NCBI GenBank assembly: GCA_964406735.1
Contig: CAYOSU010000003.1
Location: forward strand, 24,866 to 88,865
Direction of reading: 5' to 3'
From: an uncultured Clostridia bacterium
Lineage (GTDB): Bacteria > Bacillota > Clostridia > Christensenellales > CAMQZB01
Length of the DNA: 64,000 nucleotides
The notes beneath the pieces were generated by a model that was given only the letters and a program-made list of their open reading frames with translations, was not told where the DNA came from and made no database searches. How positions within the stretch are numbered: the first letter of the stretch is position 1; each line of letters opens with the position of its first letter. A program made the translations under genes and the position numbers. Below are positions 1-11,115 of this stretch, one piece after another.

Positions 1-1
1 G

Positions 2-1153
2 GTTAACTTAGGGTATAAAAAGTTTATTATTCCTGCAAAAAACGCCCGTGAGGCAAGCTTTATCGAGGGAATAGATGTCTATCCCGTATCGACGCTCAAT
101 GAAGCGATAGACTTTTTGAACGGCGAAAAAGATATTGAGCCTATAACGACGAAAAATTACACCGATATACTGTCAAATAAAACTTTTGACTGCGATTTCA
201 AGTACATAAAGGGTCAAAAGACCGCAAAGCGTGCTATCGAGATAGCAGCGGCAGGCGGACACAACATTTTGATGATAGGACCTCCGGGAATGGGAAAAAC
301 GATGCTTGCAAGAGCTATTCCGTCAATACTTCCCGAGCTTTCGTTTGAAGAAGCGTTGGAGGTGACGAAGATTCAAAGCGTAGCAGGAATGCTCGACGAT
401 TCCGTAGGAATAGTTACCGAAAGACCGTTCAGGTCTCCGCACCATACTGCAACGATGATCGCACTTTGCGGCGGTGGCATCCATTCAAGACCTGGCGAAG
501 TTTCGCTTGCCGATAGAGGCGTTCTGTTCTTGGACGAGCTTCCAGAGTATTCCAGACAAGCACTTGAATCTTTGCGCCAGCCGTTAGAGGACAGAAAGAT
601 AGTCGTATCGAGGGCGCAACAGTCTATTGAGTACCCGTGTAACTTTATGCTCGTTGCGAGTATGAACCCCTGTCCGTGCGGAAACTACGGATCAGCAACG
701 AGAGAATGCCATTGCACGAGAAGTCAGATACACAAATACGTTTCAAAGCTTTCAGGGCCGCTTCTTGATAGAATTGATATACAGGTAGAGGTAGACTCCA
801 TTCCTTACGACGATATTTCGAGCACCGACCTTTCCGAACCGTCTTGCGACGTAAAGAAGAGAGTAGATGCGGCAAGAGCTGTTCAAAAAGACCGTTTTAA
901 CGGCTATAAAGCCACTTCTAACGCTGAAATGTCTGAAAAAGAGCTTACGGAGCTGTGCCCGATATCGTCTGAATGCGACGATATTTTGAGGGTGGCGTTC
1001 GACGATCTCAATATGTCGGCAAGAGGCAGAAGCAGAATAATCAAGGTTGCGAGAACGATTGCTGACATCGAGGGCAAAACGGACATCGAGCCGTCGCATA
1101 TAGCCGAAGCAATACAGTATAGAACGCTTGACAGAAAGTATTGGGAGAGATAA
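2..1153 (+). CDS. comM: Mg-chelatase-like AAA+ ATPase ComM/YifB, 5' end cut by window edge
   Basis: Walker A GPPGMGKT and Walker B VLFLDELPE. The frame stays open back to base 2 and reads VNLGYKKFIIPAKNAREASFIEGIDVYPVSTLNEAIDFLNG, the usual end of the ComM N-domain. The TTG at 116 is therefore not the true start. Confidence 0.9.
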   Translation, partial: VNLGYKKFIIPAKNAREASFIEGIDVYPVSTLNEAIDFLNGEKDIEPITTKNYTDILSNKTFDCDFKYIKGQKTAKRAIEIAAAGGHNILMIGPPGMGKTMLARAIPSILPELSFEEALEVTKIQSVAGMLDDSVGIVTERPFRSPHHTATMIALCGGGIHSRPGEVSLADRGVLFLDELPEYSRQALESLRQPLEDRKIVVSRAQQSIEYPCNFMLVASMNPCPCGNYGSATRECHCTRSQIHKYVSKLSGPLLDRIDIQVEVDSIPYDDISSTDLSEPSCDVKKRVDAARAVQKDRFNGYKATSNAEMSEKELTELCPISSECDDILRVAFDDLNMSARGRSRIIKVARTIADIEGKTDIEPSHIAEAIQYRTLDRKYWER

Positions 1154-2262
1154 TGAAGCTAAGTAGAACGGAATTTGCATATTACGTCTTAGACCGCATT
1201 GACGGAATAAACACGGACGCAAAGCGTACTGTGGCGTCTTTGTTTGACGACGTAGCGATGCTAATATCTGATTTTTCAAGCTTTGAAGATGATATTAAGG
1301 CGATAATAAAAGGTAAACCCTTTGATTCCTTAAAAGCACTCGTTTCAAACAGAGATAAATTAAAGTCAAAATACGAAGAGTTTTTGAAGTTTGACTGCGC
1401 ATTTACCGCAATAGGCTTAGAAAACTATCCGAAAAAGCTCGAAGATCTTTCAAATCCGCCCTTTGCGATCTATTATAGAGGAAATCTGAGGCTTATCGAT
1501 ACTGAACTTATACTTTTCACAGGCACTCGTACGTGTTCAAGATACGGCGTTGACGTAACGAAAAGCTTTTCAAAAAGCTTCATAGAAAACGAGCTTACCG
1601 TTCTTTCGGGTATATCCGACGGAATAGACACTGCGGCAGTAGAGAGTGTATTGGAAAACGGCGGAAAGGCGGTTGTCGTGTGCGCAGGCGGCATAGATAA
1701 CGTCGCTCCTGCAATAAATTTCGACTTAAAATCTGATGTTGAGAAAAGCGGCTTGGTATTGTCGGAATTTGCGCCTAACACCTCTCCTCAAAGGTTTCAT
1801 TATCTTTTGAGAAACAGGATATTAGCGGCGCTTTGCGATGTTGCGATATTGGTAGAAGCCGACGAAAACAGCAAGTCGTTGGGCGTTATCAACTACGCCT
1901 CCGATATGGGCAAAGAGATATTCGCAATACCGGGGAATCTGACGTCAAAAACGTCAGTCGCTCCGAATACGCTTATTGCGAACGAAACGGCGAGAGCGCT
2001 CGTCGAGCCAAAGCAGGTAGTAGAGATATTCAGGGATGAATGTTACTTTACGCCGAAGAAAATAAAGGTAATTTCTCCGTCTGAGAACAAAATTATTGAG
2101 GTTTTTGACAAAAAAACCTTGCATATTGACGAGATTTGCGATAAATTAAATACTAACACCTCGGAAATAATAACCGATCTTATCATCTTAGAAAGCAAAA
2201 AGGTTCTGAGACGGCTTGCTGGTAATTATTACGAGCTTATATCAGAAGAAGGTATTTTATGA
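1153..2262 (+). CDS. dprA: DNA-processing protein DprA/Smf
   Basis: DprA Rossmann core (GTRTCSRYG, GISDGIDTAA, NRILAALCD). The ATG at 1153 overlaps the comM stop (TAATG). It sits between comM and topA, as smf-topA does in Bacillus. Confidence 0.85.
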   Translation: MKLSRTEFAYYVLDRIDGINTDAKRTVASLFDDVAMLISDFSSFEDDIKAIIKGKPFDSLKALVSNRDKLKSKYEEFLKFDCAFTAIGLENYPKKLEDLSNPPFAIYYRGNLRLIDTELILFTGTRTCSRYGVDVTKSFSKSFIENELTVLSGISDGIDTAAVESVLENGGKAVVVCAGGIDNVAPAINFDLKSDVEKSGLVLSEFAPNTSPQRFHYLLRNRILAALCDVAILVEADENSKSLGVINYASDMGKEIFAIPGNLTSKTSVAPNTLIANETARALVEPKQVVEIFRDECYFTPKKIKVISPSENKIIEVFDKKTLHIDEICDKLNTNTSEIITDLIILESKKVLRRLAGNYYELISEEGIL

Positions 2263-4565
2263 AATTAATTATAGTCGAGTCGCCAAACAAGGCGTCAACA
2301 ATAGAACGATGGCTCGGAAAAGAGTATAAGGTGCTTGCGAGCGGAGGACACGTCAGAGACCTGCCTGAAAGCTCCTTTGGTATCGATTTTGAAAAGGACT
2401 TTGCACCAAAATATGTCATCGCCCCCAAAAAGAGAGAGACAATATCGAGACTCAAAGACGCAAAAGCAAAAGCCGAGTATGTCTATCTCGCAACCGACCC
2501 CGACCGCGAGGGAGAGGCAATAAGCTGGCACTTGGCGAAGGTGCTTGGCATAAACGAGAAAGAGAACAATAGGATAGAGTTCAACGAGATAACCGAAAAG
2601 GCTATCAAAGAGGCAATAAAGACCCCAAGACATATAGATCTCAATTTAGTAGATGCTCAACAGGCAAGAAGAGTTCTCGACAGAATAGTCGGTTACACGC
2701 TTTCACCGATAATCTGCAAGCGCATACAGCCAAAGCTTTCCGCAGGAAGAGTTCAAAGCGTAGCGTTGAAGCTTGTCGTTGATAAAGAGCGTGAGATTCA
2801 AGCGTTCGTTCCAAAGGAATACTGGAATATATGCGCAAAACTGTTTGCAAATGCGAATAATAAGCTCATTTTCAAGGCTTCGCTATACGGAAAGAACGGT
2901 AAAAAGTACGTTCCTGCCAATAAAGAAGAAGCGGACGAAGTAATACGAGCTACGTCCCACGCTCCGTTTACTGTAAAAGATCTTAAAAAAGCCGTTACTA
3001 AAACGCACGCACCTGCACCTTTTACGACGAGTACGATGCAGCAGGATGCAGCTAATAAGCTAAATCTTTCCTCGTCCGTTACGATGAAGCTTGCGCAAAA
3101 TCTTTATGAAGGTATCAATCTTCCGGGCGAAGGACATGTTGCGCTCATTACTTATATCAGAACTGACTCTGTCAGAGTATCTCAAGAAGCTGTTGCAATG
3201 GCAAAGAGCTATATCGAGCATACTTACGGCGAGGAATACTATCCCGATAAGCCAAACGTTTACAAGACCAAAAAGTCTGCTCAGGATGCGCACGAGGCAA
3301 TAAGACCTATTTCGCTTGCGAGAACGCCTCAGTCACTTGAGGGTAAGCTCGACAGAAATCAGCTCAGACTTTATAAGTTGATATACGAACGCTTCGTTGC
3401 CTCTCAGATGGCAGAAGCAAAGCACAATTCCGTTAACGTAGAGATCGCTTCCGACGCATACACATTCAAAGCGAACGGAAAGACATTGCTTTTCAAAGGC
3501 TTTTTAGCGGCTTATTCCTCATATAAAGAGGAGGAAAGCGACGACGAAGGTACAAACGCAAAGATACCCGAGATGTCGATAGGCGAAACGCTCAACCTAA
3601 AAGAGCTTACGTCCGAGCAAAAATTCACGAAACCGCCGCTAAGATATACCGACGCTACTCTTATCAAAGCGCTTGAAGAGGACGGTATCGGACGTCCGAG
3701 CACTTATGCAACGATATTAACTGTTCTTTTGAAGCGTGAGTATACTCATAAGGACGGTAAATTTATAGTACCTACCGACGTTGCGTTTAACGTGACGGAC
3801 TATTTGACTGAATATTTTGCGCCCATAATGAAAGAGAGCTTCACCGCAAACGTCGAAAAACAGCTCGACGAAATTGAAGAGGGCGGAATAAAGTGGCAGG
3901 AGATAGTAAGAGACTTTTACGATCCGTTCTCCGAGATGGTCAGAAAGAGTAAATCTTCCTTCTGCGAGCTTTCAGATGAAAAGTGTCCTAAGTGCGGTGC
4001 ATACCTATATAAAAAGATCGGCAAATACGGTGCGTATTACGAGTGTGCAGAAGAGGGCTGTGGCTATAAGCGTAGCGTAACAGACGTATTAACGGATAAA
4101 AAGTGCGACAAGTGCGGAAGCCCGATGCTACTGAAAAGCGGTAAATTCGGCAAGTACTACGCTTGTTCCAACTATCCTGCGTGCAGTAACACCATGCCGT
4201 TTGAGGACGACGTAACCGATGAAGTCTGCGAAAAGTGCGGCAGTCCTATGATAATCAAAAACGGAAAGTTCGGAAAGTTCCTGGCTTGCTCTAATTATCC
4301 CACTTGCGAGAACACAAAGCCCGTAGAAAAACCGGTTGCAAAATGCCCCAAGTGCGGCAAGGACGTATACCTTAAAAAGTCGAAAAAGGGAAATACCTTC
4401 TACGGTTGCTCGGGATACCCCGAATGCGACTTCGTAAGCTGGGATCTGCCGCTTGAAAAGAAGTGCCCCAAATGCGGAGAGTATTTAGTTGAAAAGACCG
4501 ACAGATCGGGCAAAAAATCGATTAAATGCTCCAATAAGGATTGTAACTACAGTGAGAAAGATTAA
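2259..4565 (+). CDS. topA: DNA topoisomerase I
   Basis: 768 aa. Toprim N-terminus MKLIIVESPNKA, acidic DPDREGEAI, active-site region ITYIRTDS, and five C-terminal CxxC...CxxC zinc ribbons. The ATG overlaps the dprA stop. Confidence 0.95.
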   Translation: MKLIIVESPNKASTIERWLGKEYKVLASGGHVRDLPESSFGIDFEKDFAPKYVIAPKKRETISRLKDAKAKAEYVYLATDPDREGEAISWHLAKVLGINEKENNRIEFNEITEKAIKEAIKTPRHIDLNLVDAQQARRVLDRIVGYTLSPIICKRIQPKLSAGRVQSVALKLVVDKEREIQAFVPKEYWNICAKLFANANNKLIFKASLYGKNGKKYVPANKEEADEVIRATSHAPFTVKDLKKAVTKTHAPAPFTTSTMQQDAANKLNLSSSVTMKLAQNLYEGINLPGEGHVALITYIRTDSVRVSQEAVAMAKSYIEHTYGEEYYPDKPNVYKTKKSAQDAHEAIRPISLARTPQSLEGKLDRNQLRLYKLIYERFVASQMAEAKHNSVNVEIASDAYTFKANGKTLLFKGFLAAYSSYKEEESDDEGTNAKIPEMSIGETLNLKELTSEQKFTKPPLRYTDATLIKALEEDGIGRPSTYATILTVLLKREYTHKDGKFIVPTDVAFNVTDYLTEYFAPIMKESFTANVEKQLDEIEEGGIKWQEIVRDFYDPFSEMVRKSKSSFCELSDEKCPKCGAYLYKKIGKYGAYYECAEEGCGYKRSVTDVLTDKKCDKCGSPMLLKSGKFGKYYACSNYPACSNTMPFEDDVTDEVCEKCGSPMIIKNGKFGKFLACSNYPTCENTKPVEKPVAKCPKCGKDVYLKKSKKGNTFYGCSGYPECDFVSWDLPLEKKCPKCGEYLVEKTDRSGKKSIKCSNKDCNYSEKD

Positions 4566-5847
4566 CGTAATAGGAGCAGGCTTAGCAGGAAGCGAATGCG
4601 CTTTATATCTTGCGAACCACGGCTACACGGTCGATCTTTACGAGATGAAGCCGATAAAAAGGTCTCCTGCACATAAGCTTGACGGTATGTGCGAGCTCGT
4701 CTGCTCAAATTCATTAAAATCAAACCTATTGACCAACGCTTGCGGTCTTTTGAAAGAGGAAATGAGATTGTTAGGCTCTTCCGTGATAAAAGCTGCCGAC
4801 GAGACGAGAGTACCTGCAGGCAATGCGCTTGCCGTAGATAGAGAGCTGTTTTCTGAAAAAGTAACCGCTTTGATAAACGGCAACGCCAATATCAACGTTA
4901 TTTACGGCGAGGTAGATGATATTCCGTCGGGTACTACGGTAATTGCTACAGGTCCTTTGACAAGTGAAGCGTTGACTGCGAAAATAACGGCGTTAACGGG
5001 CGGATTGCTCCACTTTTACGATGCCGCCGCCCCGATAGTAACGTTTGAGTCTATCGACCTAAACAGGGCGTTTTTCGGCGATAGGTACGGCAAAGGGGAT
5101 AATGATTATCTCAACTGCTCGATGAATAAAGAAGAGTACTTGGCATTTTACGACGCTCTCGTGAACGCAGAAAGCGTAACGCTTAAGGAGTTTGAGAAAG
5201 GCGACCTCTTCGAGGGGTGTATGCCGATAGAGCTCATGGCAAAGCGTGGTGTTGATACTATGCGTTTCGGTCCGTTAAAGCCTGTCGGCTTTGAAAAACA
5301 AACTGAAAAGCCTTACGCCATATTGCAGCTTCGTGCAGAGAATGCAGAAAAAGCTCTGTTTAATTTAGTGGGTTTTCAGACCAATCTGACGTTCCCCGAA
5401 CAAAAGAGAGTATTCTCGATGATACCTGCTCTTAAAAACGCAGAATTCATGCGCTACGGAGTCATGCATAGGAATACCTTTATCGATTCCCCGAAAGTGC
5501 TCGATTTAGGTTGCCAATTAAAGTCCAATAATGATATATTTTTTGCAGGACAGATAACGGGCGTAGAGGGCTACGTTGAATCTGCGATGTCGGGTATGTA
5601 TGCCGCCATGCAGATAATTAGTCTTGACAAGACTTCTGATTATCTCAAGCTTTCCGATAAGATGGTATTCGGGGCGTTAGTCAAGTACATATCGACTGAA
5701 AACGCCGATTTCCAGCCGATGAACGCCAATTTTGGGATAGTAAATTACGATAATGCACGCTACAAAAAGCTCAAAAAGCTTGATAAATACGCAGAGATCT
5801 CAAAAGAGTCTTTGGAAGAAACCAAAAAATTACTAAGGAGCTTATGA
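4552..5847 (+). CDS. trmFO: methylenetetrahydrofolate-tRNA-(uracil-5-)-methyltransferase TrmFO (Gid)
   Basis: FAD-binding VIGAGLAGSE N-terminus and full-length TrmFO character. The track start at 4489 lies inside topA, so the GTG at 4552 (VRKINVIGAG) with AAGGA upstream is more plausible. Confidence 0.9.
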   Translation: MRKINVIGAGLAGSECALYLANHGYTVDLYEMKPIKRSPAHKLDGMCELVCSNSLKSNLLTNACGLLKEEMRLLGSSVIKAADETRVPAGNALAVDRELFSEKVTALINGNANINVIYGEVDDIPSGTTVIATGPLTSEALTAKITALTGGLLHFYDAAAPIVTFESIDLNRAFFGDRYGKGDNDYLNCSMNKEEYLAFYDALVNAESVTLKEFEKGDLFEGCMPIELMAKRGVDTMRFGPLKPVGFEKQTEKPYAILQLRAENAEKALFNLVGFQTNLTFPEQKRVFSMIPALKNAEFMRYGVMHRNTFIDSPKVLDLGCQLKSNNDIFFAGQITGVEGYVESAMSGMYAAMQIISLDKTSDYLKLSDKMVFGALVKYISTENADFQPMNANFGIVNYDNARYKKLKKLDKYAEISKESLEETKKLLRSL

Positions 5848-5850
5848 CGT

Positions 5851-6402
5851 ATGTCTTATGAACTTATGGGCACGACGATATGTGCCGTAAAAAGAAACGG
5901 AATAACCGCTATTGCAGGGGACGGTCAGGTAACGATGTCTCAGTCCGTCGTTATGAAGGGCAATGCAAAAAAGGTCAAGAGAATATATAACGGAAACGTA
6001 GTAATCGGCTTTGCAGGCTCCGTTGCCGACGCATTCTATCTTTCAGAGCTTTTCGAGGAGATGCTCCAGAAGTATTCAGGAAATCTTATGAGGAGCTCGG
6101 TCGAGCTTGCTCATATGTGGAGAACGGACAAGACCTTAAGAAAGCTCGAAGCAATGATGATTGTTGCCGACAAAGACACACTTTTGGTAGTATCTGGACA
6201 AGGTGACGTTATCGACCCTGAAAATGGCGTTTGCGCAATAGGAAGCGGCGGAAATTACGCATTGGCAGCCGCAAAAGCGCTTTACGACGAGACTGATATG
6301 TCAGCCGTAGATATTGCGAAAAAGGCGTTGCAGATTGCAGGCGATATATGCATCTTCACTAACAATAACATAGTATGCGAGACCGTAGGAGATAAAGAAT
6401 GA
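5851..6402 (+). CDS. hslV: ATP-dependent protease subunit HslV
   Basis: 183 aa. N-terminal [11 protein letters not shown] (active-site Thr) and [11 protein letters not shown]. Confidence 0.95.
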   Translation: MSYELMGTTICAVKRNGITAIAGDGQVTMSQSVVMKGNAKKVKRIYNGNVVIGFAGSVADAFYLSELFEEMLQKYSGNLMRSSVELAHMWRTDKTLRKLEAMMIVADKDTLLVVSGQGDVIDPENGVCAIGSGGNYALAAAKALYDETDMSAVDIAKKALQIAGDICIFTNNNIVCETVGDKE

Positions 6403-7715
6403 ATTATACACCGAGAGAGATAGTATCAGAGCTTGACAAGCACATCGTAGGACAAGACGATGCTAAGCGCGCCGTTGCGATAGCTCTTCGTAACAGATAC
6501 AGAAGAAGCAAGCTTGACGAGTCGTTAAAGGATGAGATAACGCCAAAGAATATCATCATGAAAGGTCCGACGGGAGTCGGAAAAACTGAGATCGCTCGCC
6601 GCCTTGCAAAGCTTGTTAAAGCTCCGTTCGTTAAAGTCGAAGCGACAAAGTATACGGAAGTCGGCTATGTCGGTCGTGACGTTGAGTCTATGATAAAGGA
6701 CCTCGTTGACGTTTCGATAAGAATGGTCAAGGATGAAAAGTTTAAGGACGTTGAGGTAAAGGCTAAAGAGACTGCCGAGAAAAAGATATCGACTGCGATT
6801 GCTAAATCAAAGATCAAAAACAATCCCGACGTCAATATCGATGAGCTTACAGGTAGCGTTTTGCAGGATATCAGAGACGGCAAGTACGATAATCTTATGA
6901 TCGAGATAGACGTTGCTGAAACTCAAAAGCCTTTAGAGATAATGTCAGGTATGGGTGAGGGAATGACAGTAGATATGGGAAATATCCTCGGTAATATGTT
7001 CGGAAAGAACAAGAAGAGGAAAAAAGTTTCCGTAAAAGACGCGCTCAAAGTGATAATTGCCGAGGAATCCGAAAAGCTCATTGATATGGATGCCGTAAAC
7101 GCAGAGGGTATTAGACGTGCAGAGAACGACGGAATAATTTTTATCGACGAAATAGATAAAATTTGCGGCGGAGGCGGCGGGAATGGCCCTAACGTTAGCA
7201 GAGACGGCGTTCAGAGGGATATTCTTCCTCTTGTCGAGGGAAGCACGGTAATCACCAAATTCGGACCTTGCAAGACGGACTACATTCTCTTTATTGCGGC
7301 AGGTGCTTTCCATGTTTCTAAGTTTGACGACTTGATCCCCGAGCTTCAAGGCAGATTCCCGATACAAGTAGAGCTTAAGAGCCTTACAAAGGACGACTAC
7401 TTGAAGATACTCTCTCAACCCGAAAATTCCGTTCTGTTCCAGTATAAGAACTTGCTTGCAGTCGATAACGTCAACCTTATCGTCAAAGACGATGCGCTTG
7501 ACGAGATAGCAACTATCGCATACGAAGCAAATTCAACTAGCGAGGACATCGGTGCGAGAAGACTTCATACCATAATGGAGAACGTCTTAGATGAAGTAAG
7601 CTTTGATGCGGACAACAACTCCGAGATGACGGACGTAGTAATTGACAGAGAGTACGTAAGAACTCACGTTAAAGACGTATCTTTGACGCAAGACCTTACT
7701 AAATATATAATTTAA
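6399..7715 (+). CDS. hslU: ATP-dependent protease ATPase subunit HslU
   Basis: Walker [16 protein letters not shown] and Walker [11 protein letters not shown]. The start overlaps the hslV stop. Confidence 0.95.
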   Translation: MNYTPREIVSELDKHIVGQDDAKRAVAIALRNRYRRSKLDESLKDEITPKNIIMKGPTGVGKTEIARRLAKLVKAPFVKVEATKYTEVGYVGRDVESMIKDLVDVSIRMVKDEKFKDVEVKAKETAEKKISTAIAKSKIKNNPDVNIDELTGSVLQDIRDGKYDNLMIEIDVAETQKPLEIMSGMGEGMTVDMGNILGNMFGKNKKRKKVSVKDALKVIIAEESEKLIDMDAVNAEGIRRAENDGIIFIDEIDKICGGGGGNGPNVSRDGVQRDILPLVEGSTVITKFGPCKTDYILFIAAGAFHVSKFDDLIPELQGRFPIQVELKSLTKDDYLKILSQPENSVLFQYKNLLAVDNVNLIVKDDALDEIATIAYEANSTSEDIGARRLHTIMENVLDEVSFDADNNSEMTDVVIDREYVRTHVKDVSLTQDLTKYII

Positions 7716-7724
7716 GGAGCGATC

Positions 7725-9002
7725 ATGATAAATATTCCTAAAGGAACAAAAGACGTTTTGCCTCAAGAATCGTATAAGTGGCACTATATAGAGGGAAAAG
7801 TAAGGGAAATAGCTAAGGAATTTAATCTTAAAGAGATAAGAACGCCTACCTTTGAACATACCGAGCTCTTTTTGAGAGGCGTTGGAGAAACCACCGACGT
7901 AGTCAACAAAGAGATGTACACTTTTTTGGACAAGGGCGAGCGTTCTATTACCTTAAAACCTGAAGGCACTGCAGGCGTTGTCAGAGCCTACCTCGAAAAC
8001 GGTCTTGCTTCTCTTGCAATGCCGTTGAAAATGTATTACATTACGCCGGTATTTAGATACGAAAAGCCGCAGGCAGGAAGACTTCGTGAGCATCACCAGT
8101 TCGGAATAGAGGTATACGGTAGTGAGTCTGCCGTTACGGATGCAGAAGTAATTTTAATAGCGTCATTGCTTTTTGAAAAGCTCAACATCAAAAATTTGAC
8201 TCTCAATATCAACTCTATCGGATGTCCTACCTGCAGGGCAGAATATAACAAAGCGCTCAAAGAGTATTATAGACCTCATCTTGACGATATGTGCGAGACC
8301 TGCAGAGAGAGATTTGATAAGAACCCTTTGAGAATACTCGATTGCAAAGAAGAAAAATGCAAGGAGATCAACAAAAACGCTCCTGCGATAACCGATTACC
8401 TTTGCGACGACTGTAAGACGCATTTTGAAAGCTTAAAAGAGTACTTAACGGCAATGAATATACCTTTCGTAGTCAATTCAAGGATAGTAAGAGGTCTTGA
8501 CTATTATACAAGGACGGTATTCGAATTCGTATCAAACAACATAGGTTCACAAGGCACGGTTTGCGGCGGCGGAAGATACGACGGCTTGGTCGAACAGCTC
8601 GGCGGTAAGCATACGCCTTGTGCAGGCTTCGGTATGGGCATTGAGAGATTGTTGCTTTTAATGGACTCCGTTGGAATAGATATTCCTGAAAACGACGGAA
8701 TTTCCGTATACTTCGCAACTTTTGGCGAAAATGCACTCAAAAAAGCATTGCTTTATACCTCGCTCTTGCGAAAAGCAGGTGTTTCTGCCGACTTTGATCA
8801 CTTGAATAAGTCTTTTAAGGCTCAGTTCAAGTACGCAAACAAGATAAACGCAAAATACGTAGTATCTATCGGCGATGACGAGATAAACAGCGGCGTTTTA
8901 AAAGTTAAGAATATGCAAAACGGCGAAGAGACCACTTGTGATATTGCCGAGTTTGAAGAGTCTATTAAAAAGGCCGAAACGGCATCGATTATTTTCGCAT
9001 AA
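7725..9002 (+). CDS. hisS: histidine-tRNA ligase
   Basis: Class II aaRS motifs KPEGTAGVVRAY, FRYEKPQAGRLREHHQ and GGGRYDGL. 425 aa. Confidence 0.95.
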   Translation: MINIPKGTKDVLPQESYKWHYIEGKVREIAKEFNLKEIRTPTFEHTELFLRGVGETTDVVNKEMYTFLDKGERSITLKPEGTAGVVRAYLENGLASLAMPLKMYYITPVFRYEKPQAGRLREHHQFGIEVYGSESAVTDAEVILIASLLFEKLNIKNLTLNINSIGCPTCRAEYNKALKEYYRPHLDDMCETCRERFDKNPLRILDCKEEKCKEINKNAPAITDYLCDDCKTHFESLKEYLTAMNIPFVVNSRIVRGLDYYTRTVFEFVSNNIGSQGTVCGGGRYDGLVEQLGGKHTPCAGFGMGIERLLLLMDSVGIDIPENDGISVYFATFGENALKKALLYTSLLRKAGVSADFDHLNKSFKAQFKYANKINAKYVVSIGDDEINSGVLKVKNMQNGEETTCDIAEFEESIKKAETASIIFA

Positions 9003-9418
9003 TGCGTGAAACAGGTGTTGTTGCAAGCGTTTCAGGACGCTATGCAAAGGTCCAAATGGAAAGAAAGCAGGGGTGTAAAGACTGTAATCTTTGCGGCTTC
9101 GGTAAAAATGAGAAGACCGTTATGCTGAACGTTATCAACGATAGCAACGCTAAAGTTGGTGATATTGCAGAAGTTGAGTTTTCTACCGTTGAAGTTACTA
9201 AGGCGATAAGCGTTATATATATCGTTCCCGTTATTTTAGCGGGGCTTGGTATACTTATCACCTCACTGCTTCACATGAGCGAAGCCGTGCAGCTTAGTGT
9301 TGCGTTTTGTATGCTCTCTCTTTCCGTTTTGTTCATATATTTATTTGAAAGATCCTTCAAAAAGAGGGAATCTCTGCCAAGAATAGTAAACGTCGTCAAG
9401 GAGAAAGAAAGTGATTGA
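9002..9418 (+). CDS. RseC/MucC-family small membrane protein
   Basis: N-terminal GVVASVSGRYAKVQMERKQGCKDCNLCG (the Cys cluster typical of RseC) followed by two hydrophobic helices. The TAATG overlaps hisS. Confidence 0.55.
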   Translation: MRETGVVASVSGRYAKVQMERKQGCKDCNLCGFGKNEKTVMLNVINDSNAKVGDIAEVEFSTVEVTKAISVIYIVPVILAGLGILITSLLHMSEAVQLSVAFCMLSLSVLFIYLFERSFKKRESLPRIVNVVKEKESD

Positions 9419-9746
9419 CTTTAAGTACGTTACCGAGAATAATTATGATCAACTTTTGAAAAACAGCGATAAGCCCATAATGATATATTTCTGGACGCTG
9501 TGGTCTTCCGACTGTAAAAGAGATGAGATTGCTCTCAACAAAACGAAAGAACGCTTTTGCGATGCAATAGAGTATTTCGCAGTCAACTTAGACGAATGCC
9601 CGAATTTAAGGGAAAGGCTCAACATAAATATTGTGCCGACCGTAATGTTTTACAAAAACGGCGATTACACGGCAAAAGAGATTGGATTAAAGTCTGAAGC
9701 GATATATTACTCACATGTTTCGCGGCTCTTAGGCGATAATAATTAA
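9411..9746 (+). CDS. thioredoxin-fold protein with degenerate active site (WSSDC instead of WCGPC)
   Basis: Thioredoxin-like layout ([14 protein letters not shown] ... [12 protein letters not shown]). GTG start with AAGGAGAAAG upstream; it overlaps the rseC-like stop by 8 nt. Confidence 0.55.
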   Translation: MIDFKYVTENNYDQLLKNSDKPIMIYFWTLWSSDCKRDEIALNKTKERFCDAIEYFAVNLDECPNLRERLNINIVPTVMFYKNGDYTAKEIGLKSEAIYYSHVSRLLGDNN

Positions 9747-9763
9747 AAATATCGGAGGGAACT

Positions 9764-11005
9764 ATGGAAAACTATCTCAACACGGTAAAGGCTTATGACC
9801 CTGAGCTTTATAGTGCAATGAACAGCGAGCTTGAACGCCAAAGAGGCAATATCGAGCTTATTGCGAGCGAAAATTTCGTTAGCCCTGCGGTATTAGAGGC
9901 TATGGGCAGTGTTTTAACGAATAAATACGCAGAGGGCTATCCGTCTCGCAGATATTACGGCGGCTGTCAATATATCGACGTCGTCGAATCGTTAGCTATC
10001 GAGCGTGCAAAAAAGCTCTTCGGCGCAGAGCACGCTAACGTTCAGCCTCACTGCGGGGCAAACGCAAATTTGGCGGTATATTTTGCCGCATTGACTCCGG
10101 GAGATACCATTTTAGGTATGAGCCTTGCTCACGGCGGACATTTGACTCACGGAAGCCCGGTTAATATTTCCGGCAAATACTTCAATATAGTCTCCTACGG
10201 CGTAGATAAGGAAACCTGTATGATCGATTATGAAGAAGTAAGGCGCATTGCAATTGAATCAAAACCTAAGTTGATAGTAGCAGGCGCATCCGCATACCCG
10301 AGAAAGATAGATTTCAAGCGTTTCAGAGAAATTGCTGACGAGGTAGGTGCATATCTCATGGTAGATATGGCACATATCGCAGGTCTGATCATCTCGGGAG
10401 ATCATGAAAGCCCTGTTCCGTACGCTGATTTCGTTACGACGACTACGCATAAGACGTTGAGAGGCCCTCGAGGTGGAATGATACTTTGCAAAGAAAAGTA
10501 CGCTAAAATGATAGATAAAGCTGTTTTTCCGGGCATTCAGGGCGGACCTTTAGAGCATATCATCGCAGGAAAGGCAGTAGCGTTCAAAGAGGCATTGAGT
10601 GACGAATACGTCGAGTATCAGCATCAAATAGTTAAAAACGCAAAGGCTCTTGAAAATGCGCTTCGTGAAAGAGGCGTTAAGATGGTGAGCGACGGTACCG
10701 ATAATCACTTGATACTTATCGACTTAACGGATAAAGAGATCACCGGAAAAGAGCTTGAAATGCTCCTTGATAAAGCGCATATAACGGTCAATAAAAATGC
10801 GATCCCCTTCGATCCCAAAGGTCCGAACGTTACTAGCGGCATAAGGATCGGCACGCCTGCAATGACTACACGAGGCATGAAAGAGCCTGAAATGAAAAAG
10901 ATTGCAAATTTTATTGCAGATATTATCGAAAATGGTGAAAAATCGGTTGACGAAACGACCCAAAAAGTTGTAGAATTACTGAGTAAGTTTCCTTTATATG
11001 CTTAA
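9764..11005 (+). CDS. glyA: serine hydroxymethyltransferase
   Basis: 413 aa. PLP-lysine signature [14 protein letters not shown]. Confidence 0.96.
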   Translation: MENYLNTVKAYDPELYSAMNSELERQRGNIELIASENFVSPAVLEAMGSVLTNKYAEGYPSRRYYGGCQYIDVVESLAIERAKKLFGAEHANVQPHCGANANLAVYFAALTPGDTILGMSLAHGGHLTHGSPVNISGKYFNIVSYGVDKETCMIDYEEVRRIAIESKPKLIVAGASAYPRKIDFKRFREIADEVGAYLMVDMAHIAGLIISGDHESPVPYADFVTTTTHKTLRGPRGGMILCKEKYAKMIDKAVFPGIQGGPLEHIIAGKAVAFKEALSDEYVEYQHQIVKNAKALENALRERGVKMVSDGTDNHLILIDLTDKEITGKELEMLLDKAHITVNKNAIPFDPKGPNVTSGIRIGTPAMTTRGMKEPEMKKIANFIADIIENGEKSVDETTQKVVELLSKFPLYA

Positions 11006-11027
11006 AGAAACTTATTGATACCAAGAT

Positions 11028-11104
11028 CTGGGTATGGCGCAGTTTGGTAGCGCGCTTGAATGGGGTTCAAGAGGTCGGAAGTTCAAATCTTCTTACCCAG
11101 ACCA
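11028..11104 (+). tRNA. tRNA-Pro (anticodon GGG)
   Basis: Hand-folded cloverleaf. Acceptor CTGGGTA/TACCCAG (C1-G72, typical of bacterial tRNA-Pro), D stem GCGC/GCGC, anticodon stem CTTGA/TCAAG with loop AT-GGG-GT, T arm GGAAG-TTCAAAT-CTTCT, and encoded ACCA end. Confidence 0.9.
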
Positions 11105-11115
11105 TCTAAAGCAAT

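Noticed and set aside
4489-4551. N-terminal extensions offered by the ORF track: trmFO from 4489, the M16 peptidase from 50593, rpsO from 57988, dprA from 1141 and comM from 116.
   Set aside because: The extensions overlap the upstream genes or lack SDs. Conserved N-termini begin at 4552, 50416, 57946 and 1153. comM in fact continues upstream to the window edge.
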